From assembly GCA_934120635.1 (NCBI GenBank), contig CAKOUR010000002.1, positions 22,006-86,005 on the forward strand: a stretch of DNA of 64,000 bases. The letters are read 5' to 3'. Under the pieces are notes generated by a model. It saw only the letters and a program-made list of their open reading frames with translations, had not been told where the DNA came from and did not search any database. This document shows positions 9,815 through 19,400 of the stretch, piece by piece. Each line of letters starts with the position of its first letter. The stretch's first letter is position 1. A program made the translations under genes and the position numbers. This DNA is from an uncultured Bacilli bacterium. GTDB taxonomy: Bacteria > Bacillota_I > Bacilli_A > RF39 > UBA660.

Positions 9815-10137
9815 ATTTTACTGTTTACATATTTTTCAATTTGATTGCTAGATTCTGCGATGATGTCGTTGAATTCATCCATTCTTCTTAAGTATTCTTG
9901 ATAAATTGGTCTATTGTTTAAGTCTTGTACTTTGCTTTCTATTTCTTTATCGATTTCTTTATATTTTTCATCATGATGGTATTCTAATTCTACTGATTTT
10001 TGTTGTAATTTTTTGATTTCATTTACTAACGATACAATTTCATCATCTTGTTCAATTACGCTTCCAATGTTTAAGTAACTTTGGTACTCTTTTGATTCTT
10101 GAATAGTTTGAAATAGTTCTTGCATTTTATTTTCCAT
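9811..10137 (-). CDS. ymcA: YlbF/YmcA-family regulatory protein
   Basis: 108-aa helical protein (ESKEYQSYLN...LVNEIKKLQQKS...YQEYLRRMDEFNDII). It sits directly downstream of miaB with an 11-nt overlap. The Bacillus homologues (ymcB = miaB, and ymcA) are also adjacent. Confidence 0.7.
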   Translation of the reverse strand: MENKMQELFQTIQESKEYQSYLNIGSVIEQDDEIVSLVNEIKKLQQKSVELEYHHDEKYKEIDKEIESKVQDLNNRPIYQEYLRRMDEFNDIIAESSNQIEKYVNSKI

Positions 10138-11551
10138 CTACTACTTCACCATCCAAACTCCAAGTTTTTACTTCTGTTATTTTTACTTTAACAATTTTTC
10201 CTATGTATTTTTCCGAAGCTTTTACGTTTACTAATTTCATTGTATCTGTATATCCCATTAGTCTTCCTTCTTTTTCACTTTCACCTTCGATTAAGACATC
10301 TACTATTTTGTTTAAGTATTTTTGATTATTTTCTAGAGCATATTGATTAATCTTTTTGTTTAGTTCTGCTAATCTTTCTTTCTTTTCTTCCTCTGTTGTT
10401 TCATCTTTAAAGTTACTAGCAGGTGTTCCTTCTCTTTTAGAATAGATGAAAGTGTAAGCTAAATCATATTTTAATTCATCTACTAAATCTAGGGTTTCTT
10501 GAAAATCTTCTTTAGATTCTCCTGGAAAGCCTACAATGATATCTGTTGTAATGGATACATTTTTGATTTTATTTTTAATTTTATAGAATAATTCTCTATA
10601 TTCTTCTTTGGTGTATTTTCTTCCCATTTTTTGTAATATTTTGGTTGATCCACTTTGTAATGGTAAGTGAATATATGGCATGATATTATCATATTTAGCA
10701 ATTATATCAATCATATCATCGGTAAAGTCCCAAGGATGTGAGGTAACGAAACGAATTCTTGGAATGTTTGTTTTGGCAACATCTTCTAATAAATTTGCCA
10801 TTCCATAATGAAGATTTAAGTCTTTTCCATAGGCATTTACATTTTGTCCTAATAAGGTTACTTCTTGGTATCCTTCTTTTACTAAATCTTTGACTTCTTT
10901 TAAGATATCTTCTGGAAGTCTGCTTCTTTGTTTTCCTCTTGTATAAGGGACAATACAATATGTACAGAATTTATCACATCCATACATAATGTTAATCCAA
11001 GCTTTATATTTGGAGTCTCTTTTAACAGGAATTCCTTCAATTACTTCTCCTTCGATTGAAAATACTTCGATATCTTGTTGTTTGGTTGTTAAGGTTTTTT
11101 CTAAGTAAAGAGGTAATTTGTGAAAGTTATGAGTTCCCATTACGATATCTACCCATGGAAATTTTTCTTTTAATTCATTGGCAATTCCTTCTTCTTGTGC
11201 CATACAGCCACAAAATACAGTAATAATATCTTCCTTGGTTTCTTTTAAATGTTTAATTCTTCCTAACATGCCATGTACTTTATTGTGTGCATTTTCACGA
11301 ATTGCACAAGTATTTAAAATAATTACATCTGCCTCATCCATATCTTCTTTCTTGCTATATCCCATTTCTTCCATGATGGCAGAGATATTCTCGCTGTCAT
11401 GAACGTTCATTTGGCACCCATAAGTATAAATGCAATAATTCTTTCCTACTCCTAATGTTTTCATACTAGGAGATAATTGATATTCATCTCTTTTTATTTC
11501 TACTTTTTTGTCTGTTCTTATTCTTGCTTCTTTAATATTTGGTAAATTCAT
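10127..11551 (-). CDS. miaB: tRNA-i6A37 methylthiotransferase MiaB
   Basis: UPF0004 N-domain (YTYGCQMNVHDSE), radical-SAM CDKFCTYC motif, and a TRAM C-terminus. Confidence 0.95.
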   Translation of the reverse strand: MNLPNIKEARIRTDKKVEIKRDEYQLSPSMKTLGVGKNYCIYTYGCQMNVHDSENISAIMEEMGYSKKEDMDEADVIILNTCAIRENAHNKVHGMLGRIKHLKETKEDIITVFCGCMAQEEGIANELKEKFPWVDIVMGTHNFHKLPLYLEKTLTTKQQDIEVFSIEGEVIEGIPVKRDSKYKAWINIMYGCDKFCTYCIVPYTRGKQRSRLPEDILKEVKDLVKEGYQEVTLLGQNVNAYGKDLNLHYGMANLLEDVAKTNIPRIRFVTSHPWDFTDDMIDIIAKYDNIMPYIHLPLQSGSTKILQKMGRKYTKEEYRELFYKIKNKIKNVSITTDIIVGFPGESKEDFQETLDLVDELKYDLAYTFIYSKREGTPASNFKDETTEEEKKERLAELNKKINQYALENNQKYLNKIVDVLIEGESEKEGRLMGYTDTMKLVNVKASEKYIGKIVKVKITEVKTWSLDGEVVDGK

Positions 11552-11563
11552 TACTTCACACTC

Positions 11564-13420
11564 CTACTTCTTTTTTATTAAATTTTTACTTGATAAATAA
11601 TTATAGTGACTAGAAAATACTTCGTTTTCTTGTTTCTTTTTGTTAAGGTAATATGCTAAATCACGGAGTTGATATTCCCATTTATAAATATTTTGATTGT
11701 TATTTAAATGATTAAAAATCAAGTCATATAGTAAATACTGGTTAAAGGCATCTGCATATCTTCTTGCAGGACTGCTAGAATGGGAATAACACTCTAGATT
11801 TTGTCCTTTATGATAAACTGGTTTATCTGTATATTTGGCTTTTGTATAACTATCTTTTATTTTTTGATAATATTCCTTACTTTGTAAAAAGATTGGATCA
11901 AGATTTTTTAGTTTTAATAATTGTTCTTGAATAAAACTTTCACTTGGTAAATCTATTTTTCTATATAAATAAGGTAAACTACTATCTTTAAAGTATTTTC
12001 CTATTTGATAGTTTGTTAATACCATGGTTTCATGTACGATATTGGCACTAGGAGAAATATTTGTTTTTAAAGATTCGTGATTGGGATCAAAATTTAGGGC
12101 ATTTTGATATTCTCGGTAATAATCACGAATAATATTTCCTTTTTTCCTTACTTCAGCAAATAGCGTTAATCTTTTCAGCATTATGGCTAAAGAAGTATTT
12201 TCTTCCCCTAAAATCAATTGATCGGCTGTTTGATAATTTAGTCGATGTTTTACTTGAATTTTTCCTTTCACAAAATAGAAATCTTCTTCAATTAGTGAAA
12301 AATTGCTATCTAAATGAAAGATATAACTAATTACATTACGATGATTATTGGGAATAAGAGAACAGATTTCATCGCTAATTACTTCTGGGTATAAAGAAAT
12401 TTTTCTATCTCTTAGATAAATTGTTTCTGCTCTTTTTCTAGCTTCCATATCAACTATAGATTGATATGGGACAAATGACGGAATATCGGTAATATGGACA
12501 TATAATGTATACGTTCCATCTATATTTTGTTCTAAATAAAGGGCATCATCTAAACAAGTAGAACTTTCTCCATCAATAGTTATACATTCTTGATTTAAAA
12601 AATTAATTCTATTGGTATTATCCATTTTAAAAGTATTTATTTCATCATATGTTGATTTGAAAAAATCAAAATTAATATTGTATCTTTCTTCTATTTTATC
12701 TAAAGTAATACCATAATTTGGATCAAATAATTCAATTAAACGAATAATGTGCTTTTTATACTCTAACTTGGATTTTTTAATAAAATCTAGATAAGAGTTT
12801 CTATTATTCATAATTTCTTTTCGATAAGAACTTGCTAGAAAAATTAAAATTACGTGATAATAATAAGAAATTTCTTCATATTCTTTTTCATCTAAATATA
12901 AATATTGTTTTAAAATAATATCAAAGATATTTTCTCCTTCTTTATTTTTACTAGAAAGTATTCCTTGATTTTCTTTTAAAAAACTTTCAATTAAGGGAAT
13001 ATTTTTTTCTTGAAAGATTTGGAAAGATAAGTATTTTACTTTTTCATTAGGAACCACATCTGCATTTCTATTGACTGCTAAAAAGATTTCATGAATTTGA
13101 TTTAATGGTTCATGAATGGCAATTTTATCTTTTAGTTTAAGTGCATTTACTTTATTATCTAAATCGATAATTTGACCTGATAAAGTTTTTAATTCTTTAC
13201 TACTTTTTATGGATAAAGTTGATTCTATTAAATGAATTAAATATTGTACTCTACTTTTATTTTGTTCATAATGACGCATTAAGGTAAAAAGAGCATTAAA
13301 GATACCTACTGTTGTATTTTTATAATCTTCTTCTAAAAATTCTATTAATCCTTCTAAATCATTTTCTACATTTAAAATGTACTTTTTTATTTCTTTGCTA
13401 TTTACTGGTAAATTTTCCAT
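11564..13420 (-). CDS. RNB-domain exoribonuclease (RNase II/R family, atypical architecture)
   Basis: RNB motifs are present: ITIDGESSTCLDDALY, HITDIPSFV, RAETIYLRDRKISLYP, HETMVLTN and HSSSPARRYADAFNQ. The N-terminal ~270 aa show no cold-shock motif, and the protein ends without an S1 domain. Confidence 0.85.
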   Translation of the reverse strand: MENLPVNSKEIKKYILNVENDLEGLIEFLEEDYKNTTVGIFNALFTLMRHYEQNKSRVQYLIHLIESTLSIKSSKELKTLSGQIIDLDNKVNALKLKDKIAIHEPLNQIHEIFLAVNRNADVVPNEKVKYLSFQIFQEKNIPLIESFLKENQGILSSKNKEGENIFDIILKQYLYLDEKEYEEISYYYHVILIFLASSYRKEIMNNRNSYLDFIKKSKLEYKKHIIRLIELFDPNYGITLDKIEERYNINFDFFKSTYDEINTFKMDNTNRINFLNQECITIDGESSTCLDDALYLEQNIDGTYTLYVHITDIPSFVPYQSIVDMEARKRAETIYLRDRKISLYPEVISDEICSLIPNNHRNVISYIFHLDSNFSLIEEDFYFVKGKIQVKHRLNYQTADQLILGEENTSLAIMLKRLTLFAEVRKKGNIIRDYYREYQNALNFDPNHESLKTNISPSANIVHETMVLTNYQIGKYFKDSSLPYLYRKIDLPSESFIQEQLLKLKNLDPIFLQSKEYYQKIKDSYTKAKYTDKPVYHKGQNLECYSHSSSPARRYADAFNQYLLYDLIFNHLNNNQNIYKWEYQLRDLAYYLNKKKQENEVFSSHYNYLSSKNLIKKK

Positions 13421-13483
13421 AAAACTCCCCCTACTACCATATTTTATTAAAATTTCTTTTTCAGGACACTAATAAATGCTAAT

Positions 13484-15292
13484 TTAATCTTCTTTGATTT
13501 CTTCTGTACTTAAGACTGATAAGAAAGCTTCACTTGGAATTTCTACATGACCAATCTGCTTCATTTTCTTTTTTCCTTCTTTTTGTTTTTCTAATAGTTT
13601 TCTTTTTCTGGTAATGTCTCCTCCATAGCACTTTGCTAAGACATTTTTTCTCATTGCTTTGATATCTGCTCTAGCAATAACTTTACTTCCAATGGTTGCT
13701 TGAATAGGAACTTCAAACATTTGTCTTGGAATTAATTTTTTTAAGTTATCCACGATAATTCTTGCTCTATTATAAGCAAAATCTCTATGTACAATAACCG
13801 ATAAAGCATCAACAATTTCTCCATTTAATAAGATATCCATTTTGACTAAATCACTTGATTTATTGCCAATAATATCATAATCCATAGATGCATATCCTTT
13901 GGTATAACTTTTTAGTTTATCAAAGAAATCATAAACAATCTCTGAAAGAGGCAATTCATAATGAATATTGACTCTTGTTTCATCCACATATTCCATTGAT
14001 AAATAAGTGCCTCTTTTATTTTGACAAAGCTCCATAATATTTCCGACATAATTATTAGGAACAAAAATACTTGTTCTTACATATGGTTCTTTGATTTCTT
14101 TGATTTTTACTCTTTCTGGAAATTCACTCGGATTATCAATATGAATAATTGTTCCATCGGTTAATGTAATTTCATAAATTACGGATGGTGAAGTTGCGAT
14201 TAATTCTACATGAAATTCTCTTTCAATTCTCTCAACGATAATTTCCATATGTAATAATCCAAGAAAGCCTGTTCTGAATCCAAAACCTAGTGTTGTTGAA
14301 GACTCTGTTTCAAATACTAAACTAGCATCATTAATTTTCAATTTTTCTAGGGCTTCTCTTAGGGCTGGATATTTTTTGGAGTCAATTGGATAAAGACCAC
14401 AATATACCATTGGTTTCATTTTTTTATAACCGGGTAAAGATTCTTTACAAGGATTATTGGCTAAAGTGATGGTATCTCCTACTCTCACATCAGCAATATC
14501 TTTGATACTTGCACAAACGTAGCCTACTTCTCCTTCCCTTAAGGTATCTGTTTTTACATTACTTGGAGTATGAAATCCTAATTCTGTTACATCATAAGTG
14601 GAATTCGTCGTTTTCATCATGATTTTATCATTATGATGAAGTTCTCCTGATACTACTCTTACATAAGCAACGACTCCTTTATAAGGATCAAAATAACTAT
14701 CAAAGATTAAACACTTTAAATGATTATCTTCTTGTTTTTTTGGAGGAGGAATTTTAGTGATAATTTTTTCTAGTAACTCTTCTACTCCTTCTCCAGTTTT
14801 CCCCGAAGTAAAAACAACATCACTAGAGTCAAAACCAAAAGTATCTACTAATTCTTGGCGTCTTAGTTCTGGTTCTGCATTGGGTAGGTCTATTTTGTTT
14901 ACAACGGGAATAATTTCTAAATCATTATCTAAGGCTAAATATACATTTGCAAGGGTTTGGGCTTCTATTCCTTGGGTTGCATCTACTACTAAGATTGCAC
15001 CTTCACATGCTGCTAAACTTCTGGATACTTCATAACTGAAGTCAACATGACCTGGGGTATCAATTAAATTTAAAATATATCCTTTATAATCTAGTCTTAC
15101 TGCATTTAATTTAATGGTTATTCCTCTTTCTCTTTCAATATCCATATTGTCTAGAATTTGTTCTTTCATTACTCTTTTATCTACAGCATTTGTTTTTTCT
15201 AAGATTCGATCTGCTAATGTACTTTTTCCATGATCAATATGGGCAATAATACTAAAATTTCTAATTTTTTCTTGGTTCACTCTATCACGCAC
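13484..15292 (-). CDS. lepA: elongation factor 4
   Basis: [33 protein letters not shown], and a LepA-specific C-terminal region. Confidence 0.97.
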   Translation of the reverse strand: MRDRVNQEKIRNFSIIAHIDHGKSTLADRILEKTNAVDKRVMKEQILDNMDIERERGITIKLNAVRLDYKGYILNLIDTPGHVDFSYEVSRSLAACEGAILVVDATQGIEAQTLANVYLALDNDLEIIPVVNKIDLPNAEPELRRQELVDTFGFDSSDVVFTSGKTGEGVEELLEKIITKIPPPKKQEDNHLKCLIFDSYFDPYKGVVAYVRVVSGELHHNDKIMMKTTNSTYDVTELGFHTPSNVKTDTLREGEVGYVCASIKDIADVRVGDTITLANNPCKESLPGYKKMKPMVYCGLYPIDSKKYPALREALEKLKINDASLVFETESSTTLGFGFRTGFLGLLHMEIIVERIEREFHVELIATSPSVIYEITLTDGTIIHIDNPSEFPERVKIKEIKEPYVRTSIFVPNNYVGNIMELCQNKRGTYLSMEYVDETRVNIHYELPLSEIVYDFFDKLKSYTKGYASMDYDIIGNKSSDLVKMDILLNGEIVDALSVIVHRDFAYNRARIIVDNLKKLIPRQMFEVPIQATIGSKVIARADIKAMRKNVLAKCYGGDITRKRKLLEKQKEGKKKMKQIGHVEIPSEAFLSVLSTEEIKED

Positions 15293-15298
15293 CTTTTT

Positions 15299-15565
15299 TT
15301 AATTATAACAAATTGATAGTAAAATAACAATCCAAACTATGCTAAATAAATAAACGAAATAAAATTTTTTCTTTTTCGTTTTGTGGTGAAACAAGTGCAT
15401 TCCTATTAGCATTCCAAAACATCCTCCTAAAAGAGAGATGGTTAATAGTACTTTTTCAGGAATTCTCCATTGATGATGAATGGATTTTATTTTATCTAAT
15501 TTGCACAAAAAAAGACTTAAGAGATTAATGCTAATGAAATAAATCATAGAATTCCTTTGGAACAC
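15299..15565 (-). CDS. DUF1294-family small membrane protein
   Basis: HHQWRIPEKVLLTISLLGGCFGMLIGMHLFHHKTKKKKF is the DUF1294 signature. The ORF start overlaps the end of the upstream synthase gene. Confidence 0.7.
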   Translation of the reverse strand: MFQRNSMIYFISINLLSLFLCKLDKIKSIHHQWRIPEKVLLTISLLGGCFGMLIGMHLFHHKTKKKKFYFVYLFSIVWIVILLSICYN

Positions 15566-16367
15566 TTGAAGTGAATGTTAAAGTTTTATTCGAGATTGGA
15601 TCTAGAAACGAGATTTTATCATGATGAAGGGCTAATCTTTTTAGAGGGTTAATCTTGCTTCCATATTTTTTATCTCCTAAAATGGGGTAACCTAGTTCTT
15701 TTAAGTGAACACGAATTTGATTTTTTCTTCCTGTTTTTATTTCTACATTAAGCATTGTATATTGATGATTATTTTTGATGGGAAAATAATCTGTGATTGC
15801 TCTTTTTCCTCCTACTTTAGTAGAATGTGTAAAAGTCATTTTATCTTCATATAAATAATTATCAATATGTCCTTTTTTTGTTATCACACCTGGTACAATT
15901 GCAATATAATTTCTTTTTTTAACAATTGTATTCCAATCTTTTTGGAGTTGTTCTTTTAATTTTTCTTCTTTAACAAAGATAACTAGACCTGAGGTTTCTT
16001 TATCAATCCGATTGACAATAAATGCATATTCATGTTTATGGTTTAAGTATGCTCTTACTCTTTTATAAAGGGTATCTTCTTCTTTTTTTGTTTGATTAGA
16101 AGTACTTATTGTTAATAAGCCTGCTTCTTTATCTACAACTAAATAATGGTCATCTTCATAAACAATATGGATATTATAGTTTTTTTCTTCTTTCTTTTCT
16201 ATTTTTACGATATCATTTTCTTTTAATAAATAAGGTAATTTATTGATTTCTTTTCCATTTACTTTAACAAAGCCTAACCTTACATAAGTTTTTGCTTTAT
16301 TTTTAGCATATCCTAAGCTTGATAAGTATTTTATTAAATCTATATTTTCTTCTTTCTTTTTTTCCAT
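15531..16367 (-). CDS. RluA-family pseudouridine synthase with S4 domain (RluD-like)
   Basis: S4-like N-terminus, catalytic motif NRIDKETSGLV, and KNQIRVHL. I place the start at ATG 16367. The track start at 16382 is a TTG inside the SD region (TTGGAAGTG). Confidence 0.9.
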   Translation of the reverse strand: MEKKKEENIDLIKYLSSLGYAKNKAKTYVRLGFVKVNGKEINKLPYLLKENDIVKIEKKEEKNYNIHIVYEDDHYLVVDKEAGLLTISTSNQTKKEEDTLYKRVRAYLNHKHEYAFIVNRIDKETSGLVIFVKEEKLKEQLQKDWNTIVKKRNYIAIVPGVITKKGHIDNYLYEDKMTFTHSTKVGGKRAITDYFPIKNNHQYTMLNVEIKTGRKNQIRVHLKELGYPILGDKKYGSKINPLKRLALHHDKISFLDPISNKTLTFTSSVPKEFYDLFH

Positions 16368-16387
16368 TTCTAACACTTCCAATTCAT

Positions 16388-16396
16388 ATTATAACA
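16388..16396 (-). promoter_or_regulatory. candidate extended -10 (TGTTATAAT) for the rluD-like/lepA unit
   Basis: The minus strand reads TGTTATAAT between the upstream terminator and the ATG at 16367. Confidence 0.4.
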
Positions 16397-16410
16397 TAAT
16401 TTATCCCTAT

Positions 16411-16436
16411 TTAAAAAAAATAGCAAGCGCTATTTT
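16411..16436 (-). terminator. intrinsic terminator of the giant gene
   Basis: The minus strand reads AAAATAGC-GCTT-GCTATTTT followed by additional Ts. The TAG stop of the giant ORF lies inside the stem. Confidence 0.6.
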
Positions 16437-19400
16437 CTTAAAAGGATATAAATAATGGTTATGATAGAAACAAATAAACTTAAACTAATTAGGATAAAGA
16501 ATGAAACTAGTCCTCTACTATGTGTAGTTGTTACTTCTTTTTCTTGTTGTTGTTCTAATGCATTTAAAACTTCTTCTAATTCTGGGAAAAGGTCTTTTTC
16601 TCCTGATAAATATCGAATATATTTTCTTAATACTTCTTGCATTTTTTGATATCCTATACTATTCATGTTATTAAAGATAAAATCATCATAAGGATATGTT
16701 TTCTTTTCCTTATACAAGTGATTTTTTCCATAATCATGAATATGGTAAATCAGTTTGAATTCTTCATATGTTTTGCCTTCAGATGCTTTTAAAAAACTAT
16801 TAGCAGCAGTTTCTAAAGTACCTCCATTTTGTGTAATCCAGTTTTCTATTCCTACTCCACCTAATCCACCTTGATTTGGATCTTTTCTCTTTGGCTTGTA
16901 GCAGCCAGCTTGTTTTAAAAGTAGTTTTGCTAGTATGATATTTGCTGTTACTTCCTCTCCTACTGCTGGGTTACTTTTATAAATAGTATCCATTCTATCT
17001 TGTAAAGCCATTTCTGTGGAGTATTCTACTTTATCATTTTTTTGAATAAAAGTAATATCTAATTTTATTGTTCCTAGTCCTGGAATAGTTGCTTCTACAT
17101 CTCGAAAATCACCAGATGGTACTGAAGCGATATTTAATGCTTCACATATTTTTGTACGGAACTGATGCATTTTTTTGTCATCATTAATAATATTAGAATC
17201 TAACCTAAAAATATAATCAAAGTCAAAGTCATATGGAACATTTGTTCCTCTAACTGATGATCCAGTCTCTAACACTTCTACACTTCCAGGTGTTAAATCA
17301 ATTCCTATTTTGTTTTTAGTTTGTAAGGTTTTAGTTGAATTTTCATTCATAGGAATGGATTGAATAATATCAGATAGTGCTTGATATACTTTTTGTGATT
17401 GAATTTTTGTTTCTTGTTTGTTACTAGCTAACAATCCTTTTATTCTTTCTGTGTAATCACTATATTGGTGTTGTTCTAAATGATACTCTTTACTTCCATA
17501 ATGTGACAATCCTTCCATTTTTTGTTTTAATTCTTGATACTCTTCATCAGTAAAAATAATTTTTCCAGAAAAATCTACAATAGGAATATAAAATCCATTT
17601 TTTACTACTTCATTTTTTAAGATTGCTAAATCATTTTGATGCTTACCATAATACTCTTTCTTTTCAAATTCTGATTCAGGTAAAATATAATTTACTTTTC
17701 CATCTTCAGAATATGGATCGCTTGAATCAATTGTTAAATCTTCTTTAAATAAAATATAATCTATGTCTGATGAAGCAATTCCTGTCCGTGCTCCCCAATG
17801 TGTTTCATAACCACCTTTCTGTGTACTTGTTCCAAATACTTCTACTTTAGATGGATCGTATTCATTACCTGTTAAATTTCCCTCTTTATCACGAGTAATA
17901 TTTAAATTGGGATTACCTTTTTTTAAAATGACATAAACATTACCAAAACCAAAGCCTGTTGGAGTTCCTTTGATATTATGATAAATATCTGTATTTTCTT
18001 CGGTAATTAAAGTTAAATCAACATCTAATGGTGTCGTATCAGAATCACTTTCTCCCAAAAATGTTCCTAAAAATTCTTTACATACATTACCATTATTTAA
18101 AGAACTTTCCACACAATCAATATTACCTATACCTCTAACAAAATCTCCTGGTTCTAAAACTAACTTTTTTCCGTTTTTTAACTCTTCTGATCTTTTTTTT
18201 GAAACTTCTTCTTTTTCTCGGACAGAATTTATCACAATGTTCTTAAGTTGTTCAAAATTTTCAATTCCTGCTTGATAAGCAAAACTTCTAACAATTCTAT
18301 CGGGTAAATCATACCTGCTAGTCGGACTAAATTTTCTAGAAAAGTAAGCAATCTTTTCCACAGTAGATAAATTTTCAAAAATTTCTTCTGATCCTTTTTC
18401 AGTATTTTCGTATAAAGCTGCTAAATGATTAGAAAAAACATCTAATATTTGTTTTGATTTATCATCTAAGTCATTAAACTTTATTATTCCTTTTGATATT
18501 CCTAAAAATAAAGTATTTCCATATTCAATATTATTTAGATACTCTATTAAAGAACGATTATTTGAGTGACTAGCAATTCTTAGTAAATCATTGAATACAA
18601 TTTGAAAGCGAATATCTTTATCTGTAGCATTTTTTGATACTACTTTCATTTTTCTTGTTTGAGTAGGATAAAGAAGTTCAGGAGATATCCTACTGCCTTC
18701 AGTAAAATCAAATGTTTCTTTGTTTCCTTCTCTTTTTTGAAATTCTGGATATAAACTTTGAAAACATAAAAATTCTTTTCCAAACATAGGAATATTGTTT
18801 TTTAAAAATATTTTTTCTATTTTATTAAATGATTCTATAGGATTTTGTGTCGAAAGTACTAACGGGGTTAATTGTTCTTTTAAATTAGATAATTCTAAGG
18901 AATTAGATTTACTAAATCGATTCAGAATATTTACAATATGACTTATTGTACTTTCATCTAAGTTCTCATGATGATTCTCAATATAATTTACAAAAGCATT
19001 TTTTGAATAGTCATTTTTTTCTTCTAACATTTTCTGATATTCTTCAATAATTTTTAATTTTTTATTATATCCTTTATTCTCTTCGTTACTAAACCACGGT
19101 AAATAATCTAATCCAAGTTTTAAATTTTCTTCAGAAAATTTAAAAAGTAGTTCTAATCTTACAGCATTACTATTAATTACTTTAATTGCTTCTAATTTTT
19201 GTTCTTCTGTTTCTAGAGAATTAGCAACTTCCAATAGATATACATCTTTCGATAAAAATCTTAGTAACTTTATTTTTTCATCAACATTTTTTAAAGTAAT
19301 AATAATATCTTTTAGATTTTGCTCTCCCATTTGTTGAATATCTTTAAAACTGGTTTCTAAATTGTTATTTCTGCTATTTATTATAGCAACTTCATTATTT

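Noticed and set aside
16700-17290. Reading the giant protein's NTase motif as a CD-NTase/CBASS cyclase (defence system)
   Set aside because: No effector, Cap-like or other defence genes are adjacent. The NTase is fused into a 1512-aa repeat protein. The post-catalytic K..K..G.Y...GG..E segment looks more like CCA/PAP-type NTases. I cannot decide this without profile or structure searches.
17400-18150. Possible shared domain or ADP-ribosyltransferase-like R / S-T / acidic motif spacing between the giant protein's central region (FVRGI..., FGTSTQKG, SSDIDYILF) and the C-terminus of the 562-aa protein (GFNREG, YLTTNKG, KSEVVLFRR; 52395..52900)
   Set aside because: The similarity rests on a few short, partly re-ordered motifs in compositionally biased proteins. 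The spacing does not match canonical ART folds well. It is worth an HHpred or Foldseek check but is not supportable as a claim.
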